DNA of 64,000 nucleotides from an uncultured delta proteobacterium (lineage in GTDB: Bacteria; Desulfobacterota; Binatia; Binatales; Binataceae), in NCBI GenBank assembly GCA_963808235.1, contig CAWEEQ010000002.1, positions 179,496-243,495 of the forward strand, given 5' to 3'. Of the stretch, positions 47,946-58,743 are shown piece by piece. The notes below the pieces were generated by a model that worked only from the letters and a program-made list of their open reading frames with translations, searched no databases and was not told the DNA's origin. Each line of letters starts with the position of its first letter. The first letter of the stretch is position 1. Both the position numbers and the translations under genes were made by a program.

Positions 47946-49760
47946 TCATGGCGTTTGCACCTGCAGGGTGAAGCTGCCGGTATGGTTGCTGATGGGGTCG
48001 ACGAACACGCTGTAGGTGCCGGTGGTAGGCAGGGTGATACCGGTGACGGTGCCGCCGCCGGAGCCCATCTCGTGGTTGACGATCGCGTTGCTCAGAGTGC
48101 CGCCCGGCTGGATGATGTAGAAGTACGCCGACGCTATGGTGTCGGGCGTCACGTGGAGGCTGATCTGCTGGCCCGAAGTGCCACTGAAAGTTCCCGAGAA
48201 GTCCTGTCCCGGCAGGTTAGGCCCCGCGCTCACCGCCGCGCCGCCGATCGTCAACCCGTTGATCGGCACGTCAGAGGTGGTCGAAAACAACTGCAGGGTA
48301 AAGCTGCCGGTATGGTTGCTGACGGGGTCGACGAACACACTGTAGGTGCCGGTGGTGGGCAGGGTCACATCGGCCACGATGCCACCGCTGGTTGCGATCT
48401 CGTGGTTGACGATCGCGGTGCTCAGGGTGCCGCCCGGCTGGATGATGTAGAAGTACGCCGACGCGATTGTGTCGGGCGTTACATTGAGGCTGATCTGCTG
48501 GCCCGCCGTGCCGCTAAAGGTTCCCGAGAAGTCCTGCCCCGGCAGATTTGGCCCCACGCTCACCGCCGCGCCGCCGATCGCCAACCCGTTGATCGGCACG
48601 TCCGCGGTCGACGACAATTGCAGGGTAAAGCTGCCGGTATCGTTGCTGTTGGGTTCGACGAACACACTGTAGGTGCCGGTGGTGGGCAAGGTCACATCGG
48701 CCATGATGCCACCGCCGGTTGCTACCTCGCTGCTGCCGATCGCGTTGCTCACAGTGCCTCCTGGCGGGATGATGTAGAAGTAGGCGGAGGCGAGGGTGTC
48801 GGGCGTTACATTGAGGCTGATCTGCTGGCCTGCCGTGCCATCAAAAGCCACCAGTGCATATGGTGTGGTCGTGGTGGTCGTCATGTTGACCGAAGAGCCG
48901 CCGACCATCATTTGACCAGTGACGAGGGTGCTTTGAGTGGCGGGCGCGGGTGGCACGAAGAAGTACCCCGTGCTCACAGACTGACCAGTGGGAGTCGTGA
49001 CCGCGATATAGCCTGTGGTCGCCGGACTGTCGACCGCCGCGGTTAAGGTGGTCGTTGTGGCCGAACTGGTTGGTACGGGAGTAATGCCGAAGCGCACCCA
49101 GTCATTCGATGCGACTGTTTGGAAATTGCTGCCGTTGATCGTCACCACTGTCCCGGCGCTGCCGACGGTTGGCGTGAATCCGGTGATCGACGGCGCCGTG
49201 GAAGCGACGGTGAACGTCCCGACGATGATTTGATTCGAGCCGCAGGTCACTGCCACCTGGCCGGTGGTCGCGTTGCTGGGTACGGTGACGATGATCTGAG
49301 TGGAACTTGAGGAATCGACGGTCGCGCTTGTGCCGTTTATCGTAACAGTCGGATTGGAGCAGATGTCTGTGCCGTAAATCGTAAGGTTGGAGCCGGTTGT
49401 TCCACCGCCCGAACTCATCCCGACACTCCCAAACTGTGACGATGGGTAGTTAGTGATCGACAGGAGGTTGCCGACCGCATCATATTGGTAGACGGCGGCG
49501 TCTCCCGATGCGTCGTAGACAGCAATCAGCCTACCGAGAGAGTCGTAAACGTAACTCGCGCCAGTTGACTGAGCGTTGGCTCGCGGCGCGATTGCACCCG
49601 AGAGCAAGGCAAACAGAAGTATTGCTCCTACAAACAACCTGCGGGGGTATTCGCGCTCGCGCCGAACGAAGAATGTTCCTAACGAACGAAGAGCGAGCGA
49701 CCGGTAGCTGGCCGATCTACGTAACGCGCGGGAGTCGCTCGCGGTGCTGCTCGAGTGCAT
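47946..49760 (-). CDS. Exported partner protein: YD repeat, two IPT/TIG domains, three ~98-aa repeats (start uncertain)
   Basis: Signal ending ANA-Q, YVYDSLGRL...YQYDAVGNL, PSITGFTPT, repeated GQQISLNVTPDT...LPTTGTYSVFVDP. Confidence 0.82.
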   Translation of the reverse strand: MHSSSTASDSRALRRSASYRSLALRSLGTFFVRREREYPRRLFVGAILLFALLSGAIAPRANAQSTGASYVYDSLGRLIAVYDASGDAAVYQYDAVGNLLSITNYPSSQFGSVGMSSGGGTTGSNLTIYGTDICSNPTVTINGTSATVDSSSSTQIIVTVPSNATTGQVAVTCGSNQIIVGTFTVASTAPSITGFTPTVGSAGTVVTINGSNFQTVASNDWVRFGITPVPTSSATTTTLTAAVDSPATTGYIAVTTPTGQSVSTGYFFVPPAPATQSTLVTGQMMVGGSSVNMTTTTTTPYALVAFDGTAGQQISLNVTPDTLASAYFYIIPPGGTVSNAIGSSEVATGGGIMADVTLPTTGTYSVFVEPNSNDTGSFTLQLSSTADVPINGLAIGGAAVSVGPNLPGQDFSGTFSGTAGQQISLNVTPDTIASAYFYIIQPGGTLSTAIVNHEIATSGGIVADVTLPTTGTYSVFVDPVSNHTGSFTLQLFSTTSDVPINGLTIGGAAVSAGPNLPGQDFSGTFSGTSGQQISLHVTPDTIASAYFYIIQPGGTLSNAIVNHEMGSGGGTVTGITLPTTGTYSVFVDPISNHTGSFTLQVQTP

Positions 49761-50108
49761 CGACGCCCCCTCCCGAGACATCGGAAAGCCCAAACGTAGA
49801 AAAAGCCGACAATTCGTGAGCGATGGCTTTTATACAAAAGGAGAAGGGTTACGTCAATCAAAATAGTTATTTTATTTTCACACTTAGTTATTTTCCGGAA
49901 TAACAGTCTGTCCACACGAGCTGCTCCAGCCGCTACGAAGGAGCATGGTATCGCGTGAACGGACTGCATTGCTGGAGCCGATTCGGGTCTTATTCGTTTT
50001 CGTGGCGCTGTCGCGGATGCGCGAATCACCCGCGGCGCAATGACAGTGAATAGGGGCCGCCCTCGTTAATCTGCCAAATCGGGCGCACCTATGCCCTCGT
50101 CGAAGTTT

Positions 50109-50134
50109 TTGACAGCCAATTTGACAGCCACGGG
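50109..50134 (+). repeat. TTGACAGCCA x2, right arm-type sites
   Basis: Matches 6578-6604; about 90 bp before the second tRNA-Leu remnant. Confidence 0.7.
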
Positions 50135-50224
50135 CTAAGACACGGGCGGATGAAGTGCACTTCGGTGGACTGCAAGGGCCGCGATTTGCTTAGGTTTGGA
50201 TGCCGGCGGACACGATTCAATGGA

Positions 50225-50279
50225 ACTTAAAATTCTCAGGAGGGCAACCTCCGTGCGGGTTCGAGTCCCGCCCCCGGCA
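50225..50279 (+). tRNA. tRNA-Leu(TAA) 3' half; att junction
   Basis: ACTTAAAATTCTCAGGAGGGCAACCTCCGTGCGGGTTCGAGTCCCGCCCCCGGCA. Confidence 0.85.
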
Positions 50280-50655
50280 TCAAGTTTTCCATGTCGAGAC
50301 TCGCGGGGTGGCAGGGGAGACTCGCCGAGTGAGTGGCGATCGTGACCGGGGAGCGTCTGGAATCGGAGGCGACCGCGAAAAATTTCACCGCCGAGTGCGC
50401 CAAAGTGAGCTTCTGCGATCTTGCAACAGCACAGGCACGAAAGTAGTCTAGACTGGCGCTAGTTTCTCCCTACTGAGCTGCGCGAGGCTAGCCCGTCTAA
50501 GTGACCGTCAAGCACGCTATCGATAGGACTCAAGCGGTTGGAGTTCAACAGCGGGCAAATCGGCCTCACCAGGGGGCTGAACGACTGAAGAGGACTACCG
50601 TGGCTTCGGTTACAAGTTCCGCTGCGCTCCAAGTCGTCAAATAAAGGCGATTACG

Positions 50656-51816
50656 ATGATGCATCAGGAAATTGACGACGTTCAGAGCGCGATCGGATCG
50701 TTCGTCCGTCGGCTTACCGTGAAGTATGGCCGCCGCTATTGGCTCGAGTGCGCCAAGCAAGGCAAGCCCCTCGACGAGCTATGGCACGAGCTCGGAAACG
50801 CCGGTTACCTGGGAGTCATGGCGCCAGAGGAATACGGCGGGAGCGGGACGAGCATGACCCGGCTTGCGATTCTGATGGAGGAGTTGGCGAACCAGGGTGT
50901 CCCACCTTTGCTCTTGGTCGTAAGCGTGATGGGAGCGATTTCGATTGCCAAGCACGGGACGGAAGAGCAGAAGCGTCGTTATCTGCCCAAGCTCGCTGAT
51001 GGCTCCGAGAAATTCTGCTTCGCGATTACTGAACCCGATGCCGGCAGCAACAGTTTCAACATCCGCACACTAGCGCGCCCCGACGGTGACCACTACGTGC
51101 TCAACGGGCAGAAGGTGTTTATCAGCGGGGTCGATCAGGCCGAGAACATGCTGGTGGTCGCCCGTACCGTCGCGGCCGACCTAGCCAAGGACAAGCGCGA
51201 GGGAATGTCGCTGTTCATCGTCGATACCAAGGCGCCTGGCCTGACCGCGCATCGGATGGACACCCAAATACTGATGCCCGAGGGGCAGTTCCAGCTCTTC
51301 TTCGAGGACGTGCGTATCTCGCGCGGGAACTTGCTCGGCGAAGAGGGCAGAGGAATGCGCGCGATGTTCGACGCATTCAATCCCGAACGAATCACCACCG
51401 CTGCAATGGGGGTGGGACTCGGCCGGTATGCGCTCTCCAAGGCGGTCGAGTACGCGAGCACACGTCGAGTCTTCGACGTTCCTATAGGAGCGCATCAGGG
51501 GTTAGCCCATCCGATGGCGATTGCGAAGACGGAGATCGAACTGGCGGCGCTGATGATGCATCGGGCCGCTGAAGTGTTCGACTCAGGCGCCGACGCAGGT
51601 GCCTACTCCAACATGGCGAAGTACGCCGCGGGAGAGGCCGCGATCAAAACTGTCGACCTTGCCGTCCAAGTCCATGGTGGCAGCGGGTTCATGGCTGAGA
51701 CCGACGTTATCACGCTATGGCCGCTGGTGCGCTTGATGCGCACCGCGCCGGTGTCGCGTGAGATGATCCTCAATTATATCGGCGAACACGTACTCGGATT
51801 GCCGCGGTCATATTGA
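50656..51816 (+). CDS. Acyl-CoA dehydrogenase
   Basis: PEEYGGSG, FAITEPDAGS, LNGQKVFISG, NPERI, QVHGGSG. Confidence 0.95.
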   Translation: MMHQEIDDVQSAIGSFVRRLTVKYGRRYWLECAKQGKPLDELWHELGNAGYLGVMAPEEYGGSGTSMTRLAILMEELANQGVPPLLLVVSVMGAISIAKHGTEEQKRRYLPKLADGSEKFCFAITEPDAGSNSFNIRTLARPDGDHYVLNGQKVFISGVDQAENMLVVARTVAADLAKDKREGMSLFIVDTKAPGLTAHRMDTQILMPEGQFQLFFEDVRISRGNLLGEEGRGMRAMFDAFNPERITTAAMGVGLGRYALSKAVEYASTRRVFDVPIGAHQGLAHPMAIAKTEIELAALMMHRAAEVFDSGADAGAYSNMAKYAAGEAAIKTVDLAVQVHGGSGFMAETDVITLWPLVRLMRTAPVSREMILNYIGEHVLGLPRSY

Positions 51817-51966
51817 GATGGGGTCTGCGATCCTTAGCGGTTTGTGGATTCCGAGCCAGCGGCGACGCGCTTGGACGGTCGGCCGCCTGCGCTCCTGATT
51901 CTTGTTCCACTACTAGACCGGGAAATGAGAAGGATACGACTCACGTTCTACGCAATCGAATACGCT

Positions 51967-54900
51967 GAGCATCGGTATAGGTTCGTGGCGCACGAATAGA
52001 TAGTTGAGATAGTAGGCTAGGGGGTAGCCTTCATGCACTGTTCAAGTTGTGCGGCGGACAATCCGGAAGGCGCCAAGTTCTGCGAGCAATGTGGCGCGCC
52101 GTTCAAGCGGCGCTGCACAAAGTGCGGATTCGAGAACTCGCCTACGGCGCGATATTGTGCTGAGTGCGGGGTGTCGACGATAATCGTCGACGGCCCGGCT
52201 CCGGATTCTGCTGCGCCGGAGCATCGCGAAGCCGACGACGGCGAGCGACGCCATCTGACGGTATTATTCTGTGATCTGGTCAGCTCGACGGAAATCGCGG
52301 CTCACTTCGATCCCGAGGAATGGCGCGAAATCATCGCGCTGTACCAAGAGGCCGTGGCCGCCGCCGTCGCGCGCTTCGGCGGCCACGTCGCGAGGAATCT
52401 CGGCTATGGCCTGCTCATTTACTTCGGTTGGCCCACCGCGAGCGAGGACGATCCGGAGCGAGCGGTTCGCGCCGGCCTCGCGACCCTGGACGCCGTGGTA
52501 TCGCTCAACGCCACACTCGCCAGCCGCGGCGGTACGCGCCTGACAGTGCGCATCGGCATGCACACGGGGCCGGTGGTGATTGCGGATGGCGGCGATGTAT
52601 ACGGCGACACACCCAATATTGCCTCGCGCGTGCAGTCTGCAGCCACGCTTGATTCGGTCTTCATCACCGCCGCAGTGCATCAGTTAGTCTCCGGTCTGTT
52701 CGTGGTCGAGGATCGCGGCGCGCAGGCGCTCAAAGGCATCGAGCAGCCGGTCCAACTTTATCGAGTGATCCGGCCTAGCGTGGTACGCCGGCGAAGGCGC
52801 GGCGGCGCTGCGCGCGCCTTAACTCCCTTCGTCGGGCGCGAGGACGAGATGCACTTGGTGCTCAGCCGATGGGAGCGAGCGCGCGAGGGGCAGGGGCAGC
52901 TCGTGCTCATGGTGGGCGAGCCGGGAATTGGAAAGTCGCGCCTGGTCGAGGAGTTCAGCGCGCGCATCAAGGACAGCCCTCACCTGTGGATCGAATGTGC
53001 GGGCGAACAGTTCTTCGAGAGCACGCCCTTCCACGCCGTCACGCAGATGTTGGACCAGGGGCTAGGGTGGCGCGGCGATGAAAGCAGGGAGGAGCGCGCG
53101 AGCCAGCTTGAGCGCTCGCTGGAACAAGCTGGAATGAAGCTCGGCGAGGCGGTGCCGCTGATCGCGGAGATGCTCAATCTTCCGATACCGGAAAAGTACC
53201 CGCCGCTGATGTTCGCGCCCGATCAAAAGCGCAAGCGGCTTATGGCGAACTTGGCGACGTGGGTATTCAACGTCGCAAGGCTTCAGCCGGTAGTAATCGC
53301 TATGGAGGACTTGCACTGGGCAGATCCCTCGACGCTCGAACTCATGCAGACCTTGGCCGCACAGGGGGCCACTGCGCCGCTGATGCTGTTCTATACTGCG
53401 CGGCCTGAGTTCCACGCGGCATGGCCGATGCGGGCTCATCACGCACAGGTCACGCTGAGTCGCCTGAACGACCGGCAGACGCGCGAAATGATCGTAGGTG
53501 TCGCCGCTCGCGTGGCGCTGGCCAAGGATCTGATCGATACCGTCGTCAGGCGCACCGACGGGGTGCCTCTTTTCGCCGAGGAGCTGACACAGCTGATTCT
53601 GGAGGGTGGCGCCCGTTCGGTTGCGCGAGAGATCCCTACCACGCTGCAGGACTCATTGACCGCCCGGCTCGACCGGCTGGGATCGGCGAGGGAGGCGGCG
53701 CAGGTTGCGGCGGTGCTTGGACGCGAGTTCTCCTACGAGTTGCTTCAGTCCGTTTCGCAGATGCCGGAGGCGGAGTTGCAATCGGCGCTTGAGAAGCTTG
53801 CCGACGCGGAGTTGATCTACACTCGCGGCATCCCTCCGGAGGCGACCTACCAGTTCAAGCATGCGTTGATCCAGGAGGCCGCATACGAAGGACTGCTCAA
53901 GAGCAAGCGCAAGGACCTGCATCGCCGCGTCGCGCGGACGATCACCGAAAAATTCCCCGCAGTGGCCGAGGCGCAGCCCGAAATCCTCGCACATCACTGG
54001 ACGGAGGCAGGCGAGGCGGAGCCGGCGATCGCGGCATGGAAAAGTGCCGGAGACGCAGCCAACGCGAGGCGGGCATTCAAGGAGGCTGAGGAGGGTTACC
54101 GGCAGGCGCTGGCTATGCTTAATACACTGCCTGAATCCCCAGCGCGCAATGAGCGCGAGCTGGAGCTTTACAGCGCATTCGTTCCGGTGCTGCAGCTCAC
54201 AAGAGGGTACTCTGCGCCTGAGACTGTCGAGGCCGCAACGCACGCGCGTGCTCTTGCCGAGAAGAGCGGCAATCTGGCCCAACTCGTTCGACAAAAATAC
54301 GCGACACGTAGTGGTGTTTTCATCTCGGGCGACTACCCGAGCGCCGCCGCGCTTGCCGACCAGATACTCGACCTTGCCCAGCGCGAGGGTAGCCACGCGA
54401 GCCTCGCGTTAGCGCACATTGCTCACGTACAAGTGCGCTTCTTTCGTGGGGATCTTATCGGATCAGAGGAGCATTTCGCGCGCCTGAGCGGCTTCTCTGA
54501 GGCGATCAGTCCCAGGCAGTTTCCTGGCACGTTAGTATTTACAATAGGCATTGCGAGCCTTAACGCTTGGAGTCTGGGCCACACAGATTCGGCGTGCGCG
54601 CGTATCGCCCAAGCGATCGCTTTCGCACGGGATAGTAAAAATCCTTATGATCTTGCAGCCGGGCTAGCCAAGGAAGGCTGGCTCTACCGGCTTCAAAGAG
54701 AACCAAAGCGCGCCGAGGCTGCGGCCACAGAAGCGGTAGCTTTGTCCGAGGAGCACGGGTTTCCATTCTGCCGCGATTTAGCCCTCAACACTGCAGGTTG
54801 GGCGCTGGCGCAGCTTGGGAACGCGGGCGAAGGCGTCGCGCTCATCCGCCGGGGTCTAGCCGGCTTGGCCGGGGCTGGGGCGAGGGTGGGAATCACGGAT

Positions 54901-55569
54901 TTCCTCGCCTGCCTGGCGGAGGCGCAGGCCCTTGACGGCAAGATCGACGACGCTCTCCTCACAATCGAGGACGCGCTCCAGGCGAACCCGGAGGAACTGG
55001 AGTTTCGGTCACAAGCTCTGACGTGTCGGGGGGAACTGCGGCTCAAGCTGGGTCAGACCGAACTGGCCGAGGTCGGCTTTCGCGATGCGATCACGCTGGC
55101 GCAGAAGATCAGTGCAAAAGCATGGGAGCTCCGCGCTACGTTGAGCCTCGCGCGCATGCTCGAAAAGCAAGGTCGTTGCGACGAAGCGCACACGGTGCTT
55201 GCCGACATCTGCGGTTGGTTCACAGAGGGTCTCAACGCCGCAGACTTGAAGCACGCAAAGGCGCTGCTCGAGGAGCTAGGCGAGTAACAGACCCGTCCGC
55301 GCGACTCGCCAGACGAGAGCATCGGTATAGGACGAGAGCATCGGTATAGGTTCGTGGCGCACGAATAGATAGTTGAGATAGTGGGCTAGGGGGTAGCCTT
55401 CATGCACTGTTCAAGTTGTGCGGCGGACAATCCGGAAGGCGCCAAGTTCTGCGAGCAATGTGGCGCGCCGTTCAAGCGGCGCTGCACAAAGTGCGGATTC
55501 GAGAACTCGCCTACGGCGCGATATTGTGCTGAGTGCGGGGTGTCGACGATAATCGTCGACGGCCCGGCT
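51967..55569 (+). repeat. ~234-bp direct repeat (51967-52200 and 55336-55569) covering the 5' ends of both cyclase genes
   Basis: One mismatch seen; a 19-bp tandem duplication GACGAGAGCATCGGTATAG at 55312-55349 marks the junction. Confidence 0.9.
52033..55287 (+). CDS. Double zinc ribbon + class III cyclase (degenerate) + P-loop NTPase + TPR
   Basis: FCDLVSST, RNLGYGL (GD changed to GY), GDTPNIASR, GEPGIGKS, EDLHW, FKHALIQ. Confidence 0.92.
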   Translation: MHCSSCAADNPEGAKFCEQCGAPFKRRCTKCGFENSPTARYCAECGVSTIIVDGPAPDSAAPEHREADDGERRHLTVLFCDLVSSTEIAAHFDPEEWREIIALYQEAVAAAVARFGGHVARNLGYGLLIYFGWPTASEDDPERAVRAGLATLDAVVSLNATLASRGGTRLTVRIGMHTGPVVIADGGDVYGDTPNIASRVQSAATLDSVFITAAVHQLVSGLFVVEDRGAQALKGIEQPVQLYRVIRPSVVRRRRRGGAARALTPFVGREDEMHLVLSRWERAREGQGQLVLMVGEPGIGKSRLVEEFSARIKDSPHLWIECAGEQFFESTPFHAVTQMLDQGLGWRGDESREERASQLERSLEQAGMKLGEAVPLIAEMLNLPIPEKYPPLMFAPDQKRKRLMANLATWVFNVARLQPVVIAMEDLHWADPSTLELMQTLAAQGATAPLMLFYTARPEFHAAWPMRAHHAQVTLSRLNDRQTREMIVGVAARVALAKDLIDTVVRRTDGVPLFAEELTQLILEGGARSVAREIPTTLQDSLTARLDRLGSAREAAQVAAVLGREFSYELLQSVSQMPEAELQSALEKLADAELIYTRGIPPEATYQFKHALIQEAAYEGLLKSKRKDLHRRVARTITEKFPAVAEAQPEILAHHWTEAGEAEPAIAAWKSAGDAANARRAFKEAEEGYRQALAMLNTLPESPARNERELELYSAFVPVLQLTRGYSAPETVEAATHARALAEKSGNLAQLVRQKYATRSGVFISGDYPSAAALADQILDLAQREGSHASLALAHIAHVQVRFFRGDLIGSEEHFARLSGFSEAISPRQFPGTLVFTIGIASLNAWSLGHTDSACARIAQAIAFARDSKNPYDLAAGLAKEGWLYRLQREPKRAEAAATEAVALSEEHGFPFCRDLALNTAGWALAQLGNAGEGVALIRRGLAGLAGAGARVGITDFLACLAEAQALDGKIDDALLTIEDALQANPEELEFRSQALTCRGELRLKLGQTELAEVGFRDAITLAQKISAKAWELRATLSLARMLEKQGRCDEAHTVLADICGWFTEGLNAADLKHAKALLEELGE

Positions 55570-58500
55570 TTGGATTCTGCGGCGCCGGAGCATCACGAGG
55601 CCGCCGAGGGTGAGCGGCGCCATCTGACGGTTCTTTTCTGCGACCTGGTCGGCTCGACACCGCTCTCGCAGAAGCTCGATGCCGAGGAATACCGCGACAT
55701 TATCGCGCAATACCAAGAGGCTGCGGCCGACGCCGTCGAGCGCTTCGGTGGCCACGTCGCCGGCAAGCTCGGCGATGGCCTACTCGTCTACTTCGGCTGG
55801 CCCACTGCGCGCGAGGAAGATCCGGAGCGCGCCATTCGCGCCGGACTCGCAATTTTGGACGCAATGGTGCCGCTCAACTCGACATTTGCCGCCAGCGGTG
55901 CGCCGCGTCTAGCAGTGCGCATCGGGATGCACACAGGTCCGGTGGTGATTGCCGATGGCGGCGACGTTTTCGGCGAGACAGCGAACCTTGCAGCACGCGT
56001 TCAGACCGCCGCTGAGCCCGATACCATTGTAATCACCGCAGCGACGCAGCGGTTGGTGGCCGGGATGTTCGTAGTCGAAGACCGCGGTCCTCAGGCGCTC
56101 AAGGGCGTGCACGAGCTGGCGACGCTGTACCGCGTCGTGCAACCGAGCGGCGCGCGGGGCAGGCTCGACCTCGCAGCGGGACGGCTGACGCCCTTTGTAG
56201 GCCGCGAACCCGAGTTGGCGACGCTGATCGATCATTGGGAACGGGCGCAGGACGGCGAGGGTCAGAACGTTCTCATCGTCGGTGAAGCAGGGGTTGGGAA
56301 GTCGCGCCTTGCCAGCCAGTTGCGCGAACACCTGGCGGACGTCCCACACACGTGGCTCGAATGCAACGCCACGCCATATACCGAGAGCACGCCGTTTCAC
56401 CCGGTGATTGAGCTAGTGCGGCAGGGTCTCGCTTTCGCGCCCGAGGACACGCTGCGCGACAAGCTGGCGAAGATCGAAGCGGCATTGACTCTCGCGAAAA
56501 TCGTCTCGCCTGAAGCGACGGCCCTGATGGCGGACTTTCTCAACCTCGAACGCGCCGAGGGTGTGCCGCCATTGGCGATGAGCCCGGAGATGCAGCGGCG
56601 CAGGACGATGGAGCTGTTGGCGGCGTGGGAGCTGGCGCTTGCCGAGGCGCAGCCGCTGGTGCTGGTGGTCGAGGACCTGCACTGGTCCGACCCGTCGTCG
56701 CTGGAGCTGCTCGGGCGGCTGATTGCGCAGAGCCCCACCGCGCGGGTGTTGCTGATTGGCACGGCGCGCCCGGAGTTTGTCGCGCCCTGGCCCGAACGCT
56801 CGAACCTGACGGCAATCAAGCTGGCGCGGATGACCAAGCGCCAGGCGCGTTCGGTCATCGAGCGCGTCGCAACCGCCATGGAGGGCGCCGCCGCGTTATC
56901 GCCGCGCGCCGACGGCGACGAAGGGCGACCCGCCGCGTTATCGGATGCGATGATCGACGCGATCGTCGCGCGCTCCGACGGCATCCCGCTCTATCTCGAA
57001 GAGCTAGCAAGGACCGCCCTGGAGCCGGGTGCGGCGCGGCGAGTCGAAGAGATTCCGGCGACTCTAGCCGACTCGTTGATGGCGCGGCTCGACCGCCTCA
57101 GCGCTGCGAAGGAGGTGGCGCAGAGGGCGTCGGTGTTGGGACGCGAGTTTTCGTATCCGCTGCTGGCGGCCGTGGCCGGATTAGAGGAAGCGGCGCTGCG
57201 CCACGGGCTCGCGCGACTGGACGAGGCGGAGATCCTGTTCGTGCGCGGCGAGCCGCCGCAGTCTAGTTACACCTTCAAGCATGCGCTTGTGCAGGAGGCG
57301 GCCTACGAGTCCCTCCTCAAGCGCACCCGCCGACAGCTCCACGGCTGCGTCGTCGACGTGCTGCTGGCGCAGTTCCCCGAGCGCGCGGCGGCGGAGCCGG
57401 AGGTGATGGCCCACCACGCAGAGCTGTCTGGGCAGATCGACGAAGCGATTAAGTACTACCAACACGCCGGCGAGCAGGCGCAGGCGCGCTCGGCGCACGG
57501 CGAAGCTATCGCGCAGTTTCGAAAAGCGATTACGCTACTTGAGACGGAGCCCGAAAGCGCCCAACGAGACACCAAAGAAGTGACGCTCCGACTTCTTATC
57601 GTTGGATCACTTAGGGCCGTCCGAGGCTTTGCCCACCCCGAAGTTGGGGCTGCATATGAGCGAGCGCGGGTTCTGTGCGAGACCGTAGGCGATGCCGGGC
57701 GACTGGGCATGGCACAACTTGGTCTCGCCCAATTCCATTACAACCGCGGCGAGGTGGAGCGTGGGCGGGCGCTGGCGGCAGAGGTGCTCGCCTTGGCGGA
57801 GGCACAGGGTGGTTCGGTGGATCTCTTGGTCACGGCTCACGAGAACGTCGCTGATTCCGAGCACTACCAGGGCAAATTCGCATCGTCCCTGGCGCACTGT
57901 GAACGCGCCCTCGCTTTGTACGACCCGGCGCGCCATTCCGAGGTTCTCCTCATCGGCAGCCACACAGATGTTGCCCACACAGATGTTGCGGCGCTGAGCA
58001 TGGCTGCGATGAACCTCTGGTGTCTTGGATGGTCCGACCGTGCGCTTGCCCGCGCCGAGGGGGCGGTGACGCTGGCGCGCCGGCTGAACGACCCATTCAG
58101 CGTGGCATACGCACTCTTTTTCGAAACCGTTATACTCTGGCACCGACGCGACAGCGGGCGGCAGCAGGAACGAGCGGCAGAGGTCGTTGCGCTGAGCGAG
58201 ACGCAAGGCTTCCCGTACTTTCTTGGCCTGGGTCGCGGGCTCCATGGCGCTGCGCGGGCGGCGGCGGGTGATGTCGCGGGATTGCCAGAGATGCTCGAGG
58301 GCTTAAGCGTGGCAAGCCAGACGGGCAACCAGGGTGGGGAGCCGGAGATCTTGACATGCCTCGCGGAAACGCAGCAGGCGGCGGGCCAACTTGCCGAGGC
58401 GCAGGCAACAGTGGCAATGGGACTGGCGATATCGGCGCAGTTGGGCCAGCCCTTCTGGGACGCGGACCTACAGCGGCTCGACGGGGACCTCATCCTCGCC

Positions 58501-58743
58501 ACCGGGGGCGCCCCCGAGGAGGCCGCGGCGCGCTACCAGCAAGCCCTCGACATCGCGCGCGGGCAGGAGGCCAGGGCCTTCGAGCTGCGCGCAGCGACCA
58601 GCCTCGCGCCCCTGTGGCGCGATCAAGGCAAACGCGCCGAGGCGCGCGACCTCCTCGCCCCGCTCTACGCGTGGTTCACCGAGGGCTTCGACACCGGCGA
58701 CCTCAAAGATGCCAAGGCGCTGCTGGACGAGCTAGCCAAATAG
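55402..58743 (+). CDS. Double zinc ribbon + class III adenylate cyclase + P-loop NTPase + TPR
   Basis: FCDLVGST, GKLGDG, DVFGETANLAAR, GEAGVGKS, EDLHW. Confidence 0.93.
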   Translation: MHCSSCAADNPEGAKFCEQCGAPFKRRCTKCGFENSPTARYCAECGVSTIIVDGPALDSAAPEHHEAAEGERRHLTVLFCDLVGSTPLSQKLDAEEYRDIIAQYQEAAADAVERFGGHVAGKLGDGLLVYFGWPTAREEDPERAIRAGLAILDAMVPLNSTFAASGAPRLAVRIGMHTGPVVIADGGDVFGETANLAARVQTAAEPDTIVITAATQRLVAGMFVVEDRGPQALKGVHELATLYRVVQPSGARGRLDLAAGRLTPFVGREPELATLIDHWERAQDGEGQNVLIVGEAGVGKSRLASQLREHLADVPHTWLECNATPYTESTPFHPVIELVRQGLAFAPEDTLRDKLAKIEAALTLAKIVSPEATALMADFLNLERAEGVPPLAMSPEMQRRRTMELLAAWELALAEAQPLVLVVEDLHWSDPSSLELLGRLIAQSPTARVLLIGTARPEFVAPWPERSNLTAIKLARMTKRQARSVIERVATAMEGAAALSPRADGDEGRPAALSDAMIDAIVARSDGIPLYLEELARTALEPGAARRVEEIPATLADSLMARLDRLSAAKEVAQRASVLGREFSYPLLAAVAGLEEAALRHGLARLDEAEILFVRGEPPQSSYTFKHALVQEAAYESLLKRTRRQLHGCVVDVLLAQFPERAAAEPEVMAHHAELSGQIDEAIKYYQHAGEQAQARSAHGEAIAQFRKAITLLETEPESAQRDTKEVTLRLLIVGSLRAVRGFAHPEVGAAYERARVLCETVGDAGRLGMAQLGLAQFHYNRGEVERGRALAAEVLALAEAQGGSVDLLVTAHENVADSEHYQGKFASSLAHCERALALYDPARHSEVLLIGSHTDVAHTDVAALSMAAMNLWCLGWSDRALARAEGAVTLARRLNDPFSVAYALFFETVILWHRRDSGRQQERAAEVVALSETQGFPYFLGLGRGLHGAARAAAGDVAGLPEMLEGLSVASQTGNQGGEPEILTCLAETQQAAGQLAEAQATVAMGLAISAQLGQPFWDADLQRLDGDLILATGGAPEEAAARYQQALDIARGQEARAFELRAATSLAPLWRDQGKRAEARDLLAPLYAWFTEGFDTGDLKDAKALLDELAK

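Larger units (their letters stand above)
6445..50279. mobile_element. Genomic island 1 (about 44 kb) at tRNA-Leu(TAA)
   Basis: Bounded by tRNA-Leu 3' direct repeats; paired TTGACAGCCA motifs inside both ends; contains an integrase and accessory cargo. Confidence 0.75.

Noticed and set aside
47931-49046. 371-aa plus-strand ORF and other long antisense ORFs (e.g. 43415-44362, 53653-54396)
   Set aside because: They are shadows of GC-rich genes on the opposite strand with no protein motifs.
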